Below are positions 63,969 through 64,000 of a stretch of DNA of 64,000 nucleotides, one piece after another. How positions within the stretch are numbered: position 1 is the first letter of the stretch; every line of letters starts with the position of its first letter. The DNA comes from a virus. The notes beneath the pieces are model-generated. The model was not told where the DNA came from. It worked only from the letters and a program-made list of their open reading frames with translations, and did not search any database. The position numbers and the translations under genes are program-made. The stretch lies in the IMG/VR virus record IMGVR_UViG_3300042197_000370; one strand, 5' to 3'.

Positions 63969-64000
63969 GGAGTTGTCTGTGGATGTACTCGTTGTTGCTC

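Noticed and set aside
1-64000. Stop-codon reassignment (code 15 or 4), as in some jumbo phages
   Set aside because: Conserved genes (clpX, lig, folE, guaC, uvsE) are full length in code 11, and TAG and TGA end genes at coupled junctions.
1-64000. tRNA genes, CRISPR array or transposase
   Set aside because: Intergenic gaps are short and explained by promoters or terminators. GGTTCGA-like strings (e.g. near 40290) lie inside CDSs. No regularly spaced direct repeats or DDE/HUH motifs were seen. tRNAscan-SE would confirm.

Overview
This is a 64-kb segment of a large, AT-rich, T4-like (jumbo) tailed-phage genome. It holds about 120 tightly packed CDSs, nearly all on the minus strand, in the standard genetic code. 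I found no tRNA, rRNA, CRISPR array or transposase. A proteobacterial host is inferred from the fdxA, erpA, psiE, clpSPX, Hsp20/ROSE and phasin-like genes. Gene content: (i) Fe-S and redox genes (erpA, sod, fdxA); (ii) translation components (infA, rpsU, a bL12-CTD-like protein); (iii) proteostasis genes (clpP, clpX, clpS, hsp20) plus a late operon encoding an Arg/Leu-tRNA-protein-transferase-like GNAT and an amidinotransferase; (iv) DNA metabolism (ligase, T4-type RNase H, UvsE, dCMP deaminase, MazG, 5'-nucleotidase); (v) early small-gene regions driven by a repeated consensus sigma70 promoter cassette; (vi) a 7-deazaguanine cluster of about 17 kb (folE, two queD-like genes, queE, dpdA/TGT-like, guaC) interleaved with glycosyltransferase, nucleotidyltransferase, epimerase, SGNH and methyltransferase genes. 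Most notable observations: a preQ1-I-like pseudoknot riboswitch candidate upstream of queD, with a mutually exclusive pairing over the start codon; a late promoter (ATAAATA) sitting 5 nt before SD-less AUGs, which implies leaderless late mRNAs; a shared N-terminal L-x-E leader (capsid-targeting-like) on six proteins, including SOD; an internal Tat-signal module bounded by VDE repeats; a ROSE thermometer on hsp20; and a strongly folded 137-nt element inside a small ORF. All family assignments come from motif recognition by eye, not from database searches. Several start sites were adjusted from the ORF track.
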